A stretch of 64,000 bases of DNA from Antedon mediterranea (lineage: Eukaryota; Animalia; Echinodermata). Where the stretch lies: the NCBI RefSeq assembly GCF_964355755.1, contig NC_092674.1, positions 17,546,001 through 17,610,000 on the forward strand. Direction: 5' to 3'. How positions within the stretch are numbered: the stretch's first letter is position 1; each line of letters starts with the position of its first letter. This document shows positions 1 through 13,966 of this stretch, one piece after another. Below the pieces are notes generated by a model, which was not told the origin of the DNA, did not search any database, and saw only the letters and a program-made list of their open reading frames with translations. The translations under genes were made by a program, and so were the position numbers.

Positions 1-1679
1 ATGTTATCAATGTAAACATCTGGTTATTTATGCAATAATAATTTAACAGGATACATAAACTACCTCATATTAGTTAAATCCATTTATCAGTTTATTCCAT
101 CCATGATATTATTATACCAAAGAAGTTTAAATGTTTGCATGCCTTGTAATTTTGTTGTATATAATGCATAGCCTATATACAATATATATTTTCGAGCCAT
201 GTTAGTTTCCAGTTTGAAGTTTCAATGTTACAGTATTATTAAACGTGTCCATGTATTGTAGTGTTTTGTATATAAAATACAGTATCCATTTATCAGTTTA
301 TTCCATCCTTGATATTATTATACCAAAGACGTTTAAATGTTTGCATGACTTGTAATGTTTTTGTATATAATAGTACTTAGCCTACATATTATATTTATAT
401 ATATTTTTGTAGTCCTATAAACGGTTAGTTTCAGGTTTGATTTTTCAAATACAGTATTATTAAATGTGTGCATGCATTGTATTGTTTTGTATATAAAATA
501 TAGTATATTTATGTAGATTTTGCAATTAGAACAATAAGTCTTTCTGTATGCTCATTTTAATGCATTTTTCACTATACCATACAGTTATCACTGTATAATA
601 CAGTAATATAACAATCATTCTAAAAGTCTTTCATTCTGCATGCATTGTAGTTCTTTGTACATCATATATATATATATATAGTGTGCTGCATGATTGTAGT
701 TCTTTTGTCTGTCATTTCAATAAATATTATATATAAAAAAATAAAATAAAAGTACAGTATTTATTATTATTGATTGAAAATACAGTATTTTGTTTACAAA
801 AAAAAGTTTTTTTTCCCCTTTCCTTCGTCAAAAGTATCTACTAATCAATATATGATGTGTTTATTTGTCTGTATTTTCAAACGTGTAATGTAAATAGGCA
901 ATCTTTCGGTGCTTTTCTTATTTAACTGTCATACAATTGGCTAGCCCCGATGCGACTTATCGTGATGTCAATAGACCGACTTTTTGCCGCTGGAACAATC
1001 ACTCGCTAAATGGGCCTAGGCCGCGGCCTCGTATACAAGTTTAGAAATAGCGATTATAACTAACCTTAATAAATATTGTATTGTCGGGGATGAACAAGTA
1101 ATAATACAAGTTGTAACCGAGTATTTTTATTTATATAAATACTTGTCTGAGGCAATATCAATATCGAGTATTATTTTTCGCTACGTAAGTTTATAAATAC
1201 GATCATAAATGCGTTTTCAAAATGGCGGTTTCGCTGATTTCGGTGTATAAGAATAGAGACACCTTTAGTTTGAATAGTCGGAACTGCGTCCCAACAATCC
1301 AATTCTTTAGCTTATTATCGCATTTTGTAGATTATAAAATTCTCTAATAGGGATTTTAAATGCAAGACTGTTCAATTTTTTTATATATTTTATTTTTACA
1401 TGTTTTTAGGGTACAAATTCGTAAAAAAGACATCGGTCGATTTTGCCATTAAAGTACACATTATAGGTTTGGTCAAAGTCGTTAAATTTGATATCACAAT
1501 ATATAACAACTATATATAAAAGTATTTCACTGATAACATTTGATTCATAAACTACTAAATTAACAAATAATGTGTTTTTCTAATACCCCAAAATTTGGTA
1601 ATTTTGAACTAATTTCGAAAAGTAGGGCGCCCTCTCCGAATCGAAATTTGACACGATTTGACGACTGGCTTTCCTACTG
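1..1679. mobile_element. Terminal part of a probable Tc1/mariner/pogo-type DNA transposon (other end outside window)
   Basis: Ends ...GACTGGCTTTCCTACTG|TA (reverse complement TA|CAGTAGGAAAGCCAGTC). The TA at 1680-1681 is the TA of the satellite motif tttTAgaccatttt. Only one terminus is visible. Confidence 0.5.
75..510. repeat. Degenerate ~207-bp tandem duplication
   Basis: CCATTTATCAGTTTATTCCATCC..GATATTATTATACCAAAGA.GTTTAAATGTTTGCATG occurs at ~80 and ~287, with similarity continuing downstream. Confidence 0.75.
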
Positions 1680-2125
1680 TAGACCATTTTGTGCATTTCG
1701 AAAAAATGTGTTAACATAAAAAAACCAAAGTGTTTAGAATATCTTCAAATCGCATTTAGAGACGTTTTAGACCATTTTGTGCATTTCGATGAAAATTGGT
1801 TACACAAAAACATCAAAGTGCTTAAAATCACATTTAAAACCGTTTTAGAGCATTTTGAGCATTTCGGTAAAACTGTTCACACAAAAACATCAAAGTGTAC
1901 AAAATAGCTTAATATTGTGTTTGAAAACGTTTTAAACCATTTTGAGCATGTCGATAAAACTTTTCACACAACAACATCAAAGTGCACAGAATAGAAAGAC
2001 TGATTTGTGGACTATGATATATTTTAGTATTACTTGTTTGGACTGTGTTATACTATGTGTTTACATATTTACTATTATATTTATGTCAACTTCATCACTG
2101 CTTACTTGATGCAATAAAGGAAATA

Positions 2126-2159
<34 letters not shown>

Positions 2160-5100
2160 GCTTCAAATCGCATTTGGAGACATTTTAGACCATTTTGTGC
2201 ATTTCGAAAAAACTTTTTAACATAAAAACACCAAAGTGCTTCGAAATGCTTCAAATCGCATTTGGAGACGTTTTAGACCATTCTGTGCATTTCGATGAAA
2301 CTTGGTTACACAAAAACATTAAAGTGCTTAAAATCACATTTGAAACAGTTTTAGACCATTTTGAGCATTTCGATAAAACTTTTCACACACAAATATCAAA
2401 GTGCACAAAATAGCTTAGTATCGTATTTGAAAGCGTTTTGGACCATTTTGAGCATTTCGACATAAATTTTTCAAACAAAATATCAAAGTGTACAGAATAG
2501 CTTCAAATTGCATTTGGAGACGTTTTAGACCATTTTGTGCATTTCGAAAAAAATTGTTAATATATAAACACCAAAGTGTTTAGAATATCCTCAAATCGCA
2601 TTTGGAGACGTTTTAGACCATTTTGCACATTTCGATGAAACTTGGTTACACAAAAACATCAAAGTGCTTAAAATCACATTTAAAACCGTTTTAGAGCATT
2701 TTGAGCATTTCGATAAAACTTTTCACACAAAAACATCAAAGTGTACAAAATAGCTTCAAATCGCATTTAGAGAGGTTTTAGACCATTTTGTGCATTTCGA
2801 TAAAACTTTTCACACAAAAACATCAAATTGCACCAAATAGCTTAATACCGTGTTTGAAATCGTTTTAAACCATTTTGAGCATGTCGATAAAACTGTTCAC
2901 ACAAAAACATCAAAGTGCACAGAATAGCTTCAAATCGCATTTGGAGACGTTTTAGACCATTTTGTTCATTTCGAAAAAACTTGTTAACATAAAAACATCG
3001 AAGTTCTTAGAATAGCTTCAAATCGCATTTGGAGACGTTTTAGACCATTTTGTGATTTTCGAAAAAACTTTTTAACATAACACCAAAGTGCTTAGAAATG
3101 CTTCAAATCGCATTTGGAGACGTTTTAGACCATTTTGTGCATTTCGATGAAACTTGGTTACACAAAATATCAAGGTGTACAGAATAGCTTCAAATTGCAT
3201 TTGGAGACGTTTTAGACCATTTTGTGCATTTCGAAAAAATTTGTTAACATAAAAAGACTAAAGTGTTTAGAATATCTTCAAATCGCATTTGGATACGTTT
3301 TAGACCATTTTGTGCATTTCGATGAAACTTTTCACACAAAAACATCAAAGTGTACAAAATAACTTCAAATCGCATTTAGAGACGTTTTAGACCATTTTGT
3401 GCATTTCGATAAAACTTTTCACACAAAAACATCAAATTGCACAAAATAGCTTAATATCGTGTTTGAAAACGTTTTAAACCATTTTGAGCATGTCGATAAA
3501 ACTTTTCACACAAAAACATCAAAGTGCACAGAATAGCTTAAAATCGCATTTGGAGACGTTTTAGACCATTTTGTGATTTTCGAAAAAACTTTTTAACATA
3601 AAAACAGCAAAGTGCTTAGAAATGCTTCAAATCGCATTTTGTGGCGTTTTAGACCATTTTGTGCATTTCGATGAAACTTGGTTACACAAAAACATCAAAG
3701 TGCAGAAAATAGCTTAATATTGTATTTGAATGCGTTTTAGACCATTTTGAGCATTTCGACACAAAATTCTTTCACACAAAGTATCAAGGTTTACAGAATA
3801 TCTTCAAATCGCATTTGGGGACGTTTTAGACCATTATGTGCATTTCGATGAAAATCACATTTAAAACCGTTTTAGAGCATTTTGAGAATTTCGATAAAAC
3901 TTTTCACACAAAAACATCAAAGTGCACAAAATAGCTTCAAATCGCATTTGAAACCGTTTTAGACCATTTTGAGCACTTCGACAAAACTTGTTCACACAAA
4001 ATATCAAAATGAAACTTGGTTACACAAAAACATCAAAGTGCTTAAAATCACATTTAAAACCGTTTGAGAGCATTTTGAGCATTTCGGTAAAACTTTTCAC
4101 ACAACAACATCAAAGTGTACAAAATAACTTCAAATCGCATTTAGATACGTTTTAGACCATTTTGTGCATTTCGATAAAACTTTTCACACAAAAACATCAA
4201 AGTTTACAAAATAACTTCAAATCGCATTTAGAGACGTTTTAGACCATTTTGAGCATGTCGATAAAACTTTTCACACAATAACATCAAAGTGCTTAGAAAT
4301 GCTTCAAATCGCATTTGGAGACGTTTTAGACCATTTTGTGCATTTCGATGAAACTTGGTTACACAAAAACATCAAAGTGCTTAAAATCACATTTGAAAAT
4401 GTTTTGAACCATTTTGAGAATTTCGATACAACTTTTCACACACAAATATCAAAGTGCACAAAATAGCTTAATATCGTATTTGAAAGCGTTTTAGACCATT
4501 TTGAGTATTTCGACAAAACTTTTTCACACAAAATATCAAAGTGTACAGAATAGCTTCAAATTGCATTTAGAGACGTTTTAGACCATTTTGTGCAGCCATT
4601 TCGATAAAACTTTTCACACAAAAACATCAAATTGCACAAAATAGCTTAATACCGTGTTTGAAATCGTTTTAAACCATTTTGAGCATGTCGATAAAACTTT
4701 TCACACAAAAACATCAAAGTGCACAGAATAGCTTCAAACCGCATTTGGAGACGTTTTAGACCATTTTGTGCATTTCGAAAAAACTTTTTAACATAAAAAC
4801 ACCAAAGTGCTTAGAAATGCTTCAAATCGCAATTGCAGACGTTTTAGACCATTTTGTGCATTTCGATGAAACTTGGTTACACAAAAACATCAAAGTGCTT
4901 AAAATCACATTTGAAACCGTTTTAGACCATTTTGAGCATTTCGATAAAACTTTTTACATAAAAACATCAAAGTGCACAAAATAGCTTCAAATCGCATTTA
5001 GAGACGTTTTAGACGATTCTGTGCATTTCGATAAAACTTTTCACACAAAAACATCAAATTGCACAAAATAGCTTAATATCGTGTTTGAAAACATTTTAGA

Positions 5101-8100
5101 CCATTTTGAGCATGTCGATAAAACTTTTCACACAAAAACATCAAAGTGCTTAGAATAGCTTCAAATCGTATCTGGAGACGTATTTTAGACCATTTTGTGA
5201 TTTTCAAAAAAACCTTTTTAACATAAAACCACCAAAGTGTTTAGAAATGCTTCAAATCGCATTTGGAGACGTTTTGAACCATTTTGTGCATTTCGATGAA
5301 ACTTGGTTACACAAAAACATCAAAGTGCTTAAAATCACATTTAAAACCGTTTTAGAGCATTTTAAGCATTTCGATAAAACTTTTCACACAAAAACATCAA
5401 AGTGCACAAAATAGCTTCAAATCGCATTTAGAGACGTTTTATACCATTTTGTGCATTTCGATGAAACTTTGTTACACAAAAACATCAAAGTGCTTAAAAT
5501 CAGATTTGAAACCGTTTTAGAGCATTTTGAGCAATTCGATAAAACTTTTCACACAAAAACATCAAAGTGCATAAAATAGCTTCAAATCGCATTTAGAGAC
5601 GTTTTAGACCATTTTGTGCATTTCGATAAAACTTTTCACAAAAAACATCAAATTGCACAAAATAGCTTAATATCGTGTTTGGAGACGTTTTAGACCATTT
5701 TGTGCATTTCGATGAAACTTGGTTACACAAAAACATCGAAGTGCTTAAAATCACATTTAAAACCGTTTTAGAGCATTTTGAGCAATTCGATAAACCTTTT
5801 CACACAAAAACATCAAAGTGCACAGAATAGCTTAAAATCGCATTTGGAGACGTTTTATTGAGCAATTCGATAAAACTTTTCACACAAAAACATCAAAGTG
5901 CATAAAATAGCTTCAAATCACATTTAGAGACGTTTTAGACCATTTTGTGCATTTCGATAAAACTTTTCACAAAAAAACATCAAATTGCACAAAATAGCTT
6001 AATATCGTGTTTGGAGACGTTTTAGACCATTTTGTGCATTTCGATGAAACTTGGTTACACAAAAACATCAAAGTGCTTAAAATCACATTTAAAACCGTTT
6101 TAGAGCATTTTGAGCAATTCGATAAAACTTTTCACACAAAAACATCAAAGTGCACAGAATAGCTTAAAATCGCATTTGGAGACGTTTTAGACCATTTTGT
6201 TCATTTCGAAAAAACTTGTTAACATAAAAACATCGAAGTTCTTAGAATAGCTTCAAATCGCATTTGGAGACGTTTTAGACCATTTTGTGATTTTCGAAAA
6301 AACTTTTTAACATAACACCAAAGTGCTTAGAAATGCTTCAAATCGCATTTGGAGACGTTTTAGACCATTTTGTGCATTTCGATGAAACTTGGTTACACAA
6401 AATATCAAGGTGTACAGAATAGCTTCAAATTGCATTTGGAGACGTTTTACACCATTTTGTGATTTTCGAAAAAACTTTTAACATAAAAACACCGAAGTGC
6501 TTTGAAATGCTTGTTAACATAAAGAGACCAAAGTGTTTAAAATATCTTCAATTAGCATTTGGAGACGTTTTAGACCATTTTGTGCATTTCGATGAAACTT
6601 GGTTACACAAAAACATCAAAGTGCTTAAAATCACATTTAAAACCGTTTTAGAACATTTTGAGCATTTCGATAAAACTGTTCACACAAAAACATCAAAGTG
6701 TACAAAATAGGTTCAAATCGCATTTAGAGACGTTTTAGACGATTTTGTGCATTTCGATAAAACTTTTCACACAAAAACATGAAATTGCACAAAATAGCTT
6801 AATACCGTGTTTGAAATCGTGTTTTAGACATTTCAATACCGTGTTTGAAATCGTTTTAAACCATTTTGAGCATGTCGATCAAACTTTTCACACAAAAACA
6901 TCAAAGTGCACAGAATAGCTTCAAATCGCATTTGGAGACGTTTTAGACCACTTTGTGCATTTCGAAAAAAACTTGTTACCATAAAAAGACCAAAGTGCTT
7001 AGAATATCTTCAAATCGCATTTGGAGACATTTTTTACCATTATGTGCATTTCGATGAAACTTTTTAACATAAAAACACCAAAGTGCTTCAAATCGCATTT
7101 GGAGACGTTTTAGACCATTTTATGCATTTCGATGAAACTTGGTTACACAAAAACTTCAAAGTGGTTAAAATCACATTTTAAACCGTTTTAGACCATTTTG
7201 AGCATTTCGTTAAAACTTTTCACACAAAAACATCAAAGTGTACAAAATAGCTTCAAATTGCATTTGGAGACGTTTTAGACCATTTTATGCATTTCGATGA
7301 AACTTGGTTACACAAAAACTTCAAAGTGCTTAAAATCACATTTTAAACCGTTTTAGACCATTTTGAGCATTTCGTTAAAACTTTTCACACAAAAACATCA
7401 AAGTGTACAAAATAGCTTCAAATCGCATTTAGAGACGTTTTAGACCATTTTGTGCATTTCGATAAAACTTTTCACACAAAAACATCAAATTGCACAAAAT
7501 AGCTTAATATCGTGTTTGAAAATGTTTTAAACCATTTTGAGCATGTCGATAAAACTTTTCACACAAAAACATCAAAGTGCACAGAATAGCTTCAAATCGC
7601 ATTTGGAGACGTTTTAGACCATTTTGTGATTTTCGAAAAAACTTTTTAACATAAAAACACCAAAGTGCTTAGAAATGCATCAAATCGCAATTGGAGACGT
7701 TTTAGACCATTTTGTGCATTTCGATGAAACTTGGTTACACAAAAACTTCAAAATGCTTAAAATCACATTTGAAACCGTTTTAGACCATTTTGAGCATTTC
7801 GATAAAACTTTTCACACAAAAACATCAAAGTGTACAAAATAGCTTCAAATCGCCAAATTGCACAAAATAGCTTAATATCGTGTTTGAAAAAGTTTTAAAC
7901 AATTTTGAGCATGTCGATAAAACTTTTCACACAAAAACATCAAAGTGTACAAAATAGCTTCAAATCGCCAAATTGCACAAAATAGCTTAATATCATGTTT
8001 GAAAACGTTTTAAACAATTTTGAGCATGTCGATAAAACTTTTCACACAAAAACATCAAAGTGCACAGAATAGCTTCAAATCGCATTTGGAGACGTTTTAG

Positions 8101-10846
8101 ACCATTTTGTGATTTTCGAAAAAACTTGTTAACATAAAAACACCAAAGTGCTTAGAAATGTTTCAAATCGCATTTGGAGACGTTTTAGACCATTTTGTGA
8201 ATTTCGATGAAACTTGGTTACACAAAAACATCAAAGTGCTTAAAATCACATTTGAAACCGTTTTAGACCATTTTGAGCATTTCGATAAAACTTTTCACAC
8301 ACAAATATCAAAGTGCACAAACTAGATTAATATCGTATTTGAAAGCGTTTTTGACCATTTTGAGCATTTCGACAACATTTTTTCACACAAAATATCAAAG
8401 TGTACAGAATGGCTTCAAATTTCATTTGGAGACGTTTTAGACCATTATGTGCATTTCGATGAAACTTGGTTACACAAAAACATCAAAGTGCTTAAAATCG
8501 CATTTAAAACCGTTTTAGAGCATTTTGAGCATTTCGATAAAACTTTTCACACACAAATATCAAAGTGCACAAAATAGCTTCAAATCGCATTTGGAGACGT
8601 TTTAGACCGTTTTGTGCATTTCGATGAAACTTGGTTACACAAAAACATCAAAGTGCATAAAATCACATCTGAAACCGTTTTACACCATTTTGAGTCTTTC
8701 GATAAAACTTTTCACACAAAAACATCAAAGTGCACAAAATAGCTTCAAATCGAATTTTAGAGACGTTTTAGACAATTTTGTGCATTTCGATAAAACTGTT
8801 CACACAAAAAAACATCAAATTGCACAAAATAGCTTAATATCGTGTTTGAAGACGTTTTGACCATTTTGAGCATGTCGATAAAACTTTTGACACAAAAACA
8901 TCAAAGTGCACCGAATAGCTTCAAATCGCATTTGGAGACGTTTTAGACCATTTTGTGATTTTCGATGAAACTTGGTTACACAAAAACATCAAAGTGCTTA
9001 AAATCACATTTAAATCCGTTTTAGAGCATTTTGAGCATTTCGATAAAACTTTTCACACAAAAACATCAAAGTGTACAAAATAGCTTCAAATCGCATTTAG
9101 AGACGTTTTAGACCATTTTGTGCATTTCGATAAAACTTTTCACACAAAAACATGAAATTGCACAAAATAGCTTAATATCGTGTTTGAAGACGTTTTAGAC
9201 CATTTTGAGCATGTCGATAAAACTTTTGACACAAAAACATCAAACTGCACCGAATAGCTTCAAATCGCATTTGGAGACGTTTTAGACCATTTTGTGATTT
9301 TCGATGAAACTTGGTTACACAAAAACATCAAAGTGCTTAAAATCACATTTAAATCCGTTTTAGAGCATTTTGAGCATTTCGATAAAACTTTTCACACAAA
9401 AACATCAAAGTGTACAAAATAGCTTCAAATCGCATTTAGAGACGTTTTGGACCATTTTGTGCATTTCGAAAAAATGTGTTAACATAAAAAGACCAAAGTG
9501 CTTAGAATATCTTCAAATCGCATTTGGAGACGTTTTAAACCATTATGTGCATTTCGATGAAACTTGGTTACACAAAAACATCAAAGTGCTTAAAATCGCA
9601 TTTAAACCCGTTTTAGAGCATTTTGAGCATTTCGATAAAACTTTTCACACACAAATATCAAAGTGCACAAAATAGCTTCAAATCGCATTTGGAGACGTTT
9701 TAGACCGTTTTGTGCATTTCGATGAAACTTGGTTACACAAAAATATCAAAGTGCATAAAATCACATCTGAAACCGTTTTAAACCATTTTGAGCCTTTCGA
9801 TAAAACTTTTCACACAAAAACATCAAAGTGCACACAATAGCTTCAAATCGCATTTTAGAGACGTTTCAGACAATTTTGTGCATTTCGATAAAACTGTTCA
9901 CACAAAAAAACATCAAATTGCACAAAATAGCTTAATATCGTGTTTGAAGACGTTTTAGACCATTTTGAGCATGTCGATAAAACTTTTGACACAAAAACAT
10001 CAAAGTGCACAGAATAGCTTCAAATCGCATTTGGAGACGTTTTAGACCATTTTGTGATTTTCGATGAAACTTGGTTACACAAAAACATCAAAGTGCTTAA
10101 AATGACATTTAAATCCGTTTTAGAGCATTTTGAGCATTTCGATAAAACTTTTCACACAAAAACATCAAAGTGTACAAAATAGCTTCAAATCGCATTTTAG
10201 AGACGTTTTAGACCATTTTGTGCATTTCGATAAAACTTTTCACACAAAAACATGAAATTGCACAAAATAGCTTAATATCGTGTTTGAAAACGTTTTAGAC
10301 AATTTTGAGGATGTTGATAAAACTTTTCACACAAAAACATCAAAGTGCACAGAATATCTTCAAATCGCATTTGGAGACGTTTCAGACCATTTTGTGCATT
10401 TCGAAAAAACTTGTTAACATAAAAACATCGAAGTGCTTAGAATAGCTTCAAATTGCATTTGGAGACGTTTTGGACCATTTTGTGCATTTCGAAAAAATTT
10501 GTTAACAGAAAAAGACCAAAGTGTTTAGAATATCTTTAAATCGCAATTGGAGACGTTTTAGACCATTTTGTGCATTTCGATGAAACTTGTTTACACAAAA
10601 ACATCAAAGTGCTTAAAATCACATTTAAAACCGTTTTAGAGCATTTTGAGCATTTCGATAAAACTTTTCACACAAAAACATCAAAGTGCACAAAATAGCT
10701 TCAAATCGCATTTAGAGACGTTTTAGAAAATGTTGTGCATTTCGATAAAACTTTTCACACAAAAAACATCAAATTGCACACAATAGTTTAATATCGTGTT
10801 TGAAAACGTTTTAAACCATTTTGAGCATGTCGATAAAACTTTTCAC
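1680..10846. repeat. Satellite 1, 78-88 bp monomer variants
   Basis: About 100 tandem copies of gacgttttagaccattttgtgcatttcgataaaacttttcacacaaaaacatcaaagtgcacaaaatagcttcaaatcgcatttgga (87 bp) and a 78-bp variant (gaaacttggttacac...cttaaaatcacattt). Variants recur in semi-ordered runs. Confidence 0.97.
1995..2155 (+). mobile_element. 5'-truncated non-LTR retrotransposon 3' end inserted in satellite 1
   Basis: ~160 bp foreign sequence ending AATAAA..(TAA)n, flanked by AATAG at 1990-1994 and 2156-2160. Removing it restores the monomer cagaatagcttcaaatcg. Confidence 0.8.
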
Positions 10847-13800
10847 ATATATTGTGCTAACATCATCTAATAGAGCCATAGCAACTAGTTATGTCAAAAA
10901 ACAAAAGGGTCGAAAAATGGAAAAAATTTTCAATTTTTAAAATTCAATAATTATGCTATAATAATAAATTGCAATTTATGCAAATATATTGTGCTAACAT
11001 CATCTTGTAGAGCCATAGTAACCAGTTATGTAAAAAATTAAAAGGGTCGAAATTTGGATTTTTTCCGAAAATTTCCCTGCGGGGAAACCTTAGGAATTTT
11101 ATTCGAAAAATGGCAAAAATTTCCACTTTTCAAAATTCGAAAATTATGCTATAAGGTTGCCATTTATACAGATATATTTTGCTAACATTAACCAAAGTGT
11201 CCACCATTTAAAATTCAATAATTAGGCTATAATATTGCCATTTATTCACCTATATTGTGTTAACATCATCTTATAAAGCCATAGTAACGAGTTATGTCAA
11301 AAAATAAAAGGGTCGAAATTTGGCTATCAAAAAATAAAAGGGTCGAAATTTGGCCATTTTTCGAAAATTTTCCTGCGGGGGCCATAGGAATTTTTTTCAA
11401 AAATGGCCAAAATTTCCACTTTTTAAAATTATATAATTATGCTATAATATTGCCATTTATTCACATATATTGTGCTAACATCATCTTATAGAGCCATAGC
11501 AACTAGTTATGTCAAAAAACAAAAGTGTCGAAATTCGGCCATTTTCGAAAATTTTCCTGCGGGGACCATCGGAATTTTATTGAAAAATGGAAACAATTTC
11601 CACTTTTTAAAATTCAAAAATTATACTATAATATTGCCATTTTGCAAATATATTGTGCTAACATCACCTTATAAAGCCATAGTAACTAGTTATGTCAAAA
11701 AATAAAAGGGTCGAAATTTGGATTTTTTCCGAAAATTTCCCTGCGGGGAAACCTTAGGAATTTTATTCGAAAAATGGCAAAAATTTCCACTTTTCAAAAT
11801 TCGAAAATTATGCTATAAGGTTTCCATTTATACAGATATATTTTTCTAACATTAACCAAAGTGTCCACCATTTAAAATTCAATAATTAGGCTATAATATT
11901 GCCATTTATTCACCTATATTGTGTTAACATCATCTTATAAAGCCATAGTAACGAGTTATGTCAAAAAATAAAAGGGTCGAAATTTGGCTATCAAAAAATA
12001 AAAGGGTCGAAATTTGGCCATTTTTCGAAAATTTTCCTGCGGGGGCCATAGGAATTTTTTTCAAAAATGGCCAAAATTTCCACTTTTTAAAATTCAATAA
12101 TTATGCTATAATATTGCCATTTATTCACATATATTGTGCTAACATCATCTTATAGAGCCATAGCAACTAGTTATGTCAAAAAACAAAAGTGTCGAAATTC
12201 GGCCATTTTCGAAAATTTTCCTGCGGGGACCATCGGAATTTTATTGAAAAATGGAAACAATTTCCACTTTTTAAAATTCAAAAATTATACTATAATATTG
12301 CCATTTTGCAAATATATTGTGCTAACATCACCTTATAAAGCCATAGTAACTAGTTATGTCAAAAAATAAAAGGGTCAAAATTTTGCCATTTTTCGAACAT
12401 TTTCCATAGGAATTTTTTCGAAAAATGGCCAAAATTTCCACTTTCTAAAATTCCAAAATTATGTTATGATATTGCCATTTATGCACATATATTGTGCTAA
12501 CATCATCTTATAGAGCCATAGCAACTAGTTATGTCAAAAAATAAAAGGGTCGATATTTGACTATATTTCGAAAATTTTCCTGCGGGGACTATATGAATTT
12601 TTTCGAAAAATGGCACAATTTTCCACTTTTTCAAATTCAATAATTATGTTATAATATTGCCATTTATGCACATATATTGTGTTAACATCATCTTATAGAG
12701 TCATAGCAACTAGTTATGTCAAAAAATAAAAGGGTTGAAATTTGACAATTTTTCGAAAATTTTCCTGCGGGGGACCATAGAAATTTTATTGAAAAATGGA
12801 AACAATTTCCACCTTTTAAAATAAAAAAATTATGCTATAATATTGCCATTTATACACATATATTTTGCTAACATCATCTTATAGAGCCATAGTTACTAGT
12901 TATGTCAAAAAATAAAAGGGTCGAAATTTGGCCATTATTCGAAAATTTTCCTACGGGGGACCATAGGAATTTTTTTGAAAAAGGCAAATATTTACACTTT
13001 TTAAAATTCGAAAATTATGCTATAATATCATTTATGCAAATATATTGTGCTAACATGATCTTATAGAGCCATAGTAACTAGTTATGTCAAAAAATAAAAG
13101 GGTTGAAATTTGGCCATTTTCCGGAAATTTCCCTGCGTGGTCCATATAAATTTTTTTCGAAAAATAGACAAAATTTTCCATAGTTACTAGTTATGTCGAT
13201 AAAATAAAAGGTTCGAAATTTGGCCATTTTTCGAAAATTTTCCTCCGGGGGACCAAAGGAATTTTTTCGAAAAATAACCAAAATTTCAACCGTTTAAAAT
13301 TCAATCATTATGCTATAATATTGCCATTTATGCACATTGTGCTAACATCATCTTATAGAGCCATCACAACTAGTTATGTCAAAAAACAAAAGTGTCGAAA
13401 TTTGGCCATTTTCGAAAATTTTCATGCGGCGGACCATCGGAATTTTATTGAAAAATGGAAACAATTTCCACTTTTTAAAATTCAAAAATTATGCTATAAT
13501 ATTGCCAATTTTGCAAATATATTGTGCTAACATCACCTTATAGAGCCATAGTAACTAGTTATGTGTCAAAAAATAAAAGGGTTAAAATTTTGCCATTTTT
13601 CAAAAGTTTTCCTGGGGGACACCATAGGAATTTTTTCGAAAAATGGCAAAAATTTCCACTTTTTAAAATTCGAAAATTATGCTATAATATTGCCATTTAT
13701 CATCTTATAGAGCCATAGTAACTAGTTATATCAAAAAATAAAAGCGTCCCAATTTTGACATTTTTGGAAAATTTTCCTGCGGGGGCCTACAGGAATTTTT

Positions 13801-13966
13801 TTCGAAAAATAACCAAATTTCCACCTTTAAACTTCAGTAATTAGGCTATAATATTGCCATTTATGCACATATATTGTGCTAACATCATCTTATAGAGCCA
13901 TAGTTACTAGTTATATCAAAAAATAAAAGGGTCGAAATTTGGCCATTTTTCGAAACTTTTCCTGCG
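10847..13966. repeat. Satellite 2, ~180-185 bp monomer with internal inverted repeat (block 1)
   Basis: Tandem attgtgctaacatcatcttatagagccatagtaactagttatgtcaaaaaataaaagggtcgaaatttggccatttttcgaaaattttcctgcgggggaccataggaattttttcgaaaaatgg... A near-perfect 664-bp duplication is present (e.g. 11294 vs 11958). Confidence 0.97.

Noticed and set aside
1680-10846. CRISPR-like appearance of the repeat arrays
   Set aside because: No unique spacers, no cas genes, and a eukaryotic context. These are tandem satellites.
1689-13718. Many 64-101 aa ORFs (MCISKK.., MSKNKR.., MLTSSY..)
   Set aside because: Chance read-through of satellite monomers, often with non-ATG starts and no domain content.
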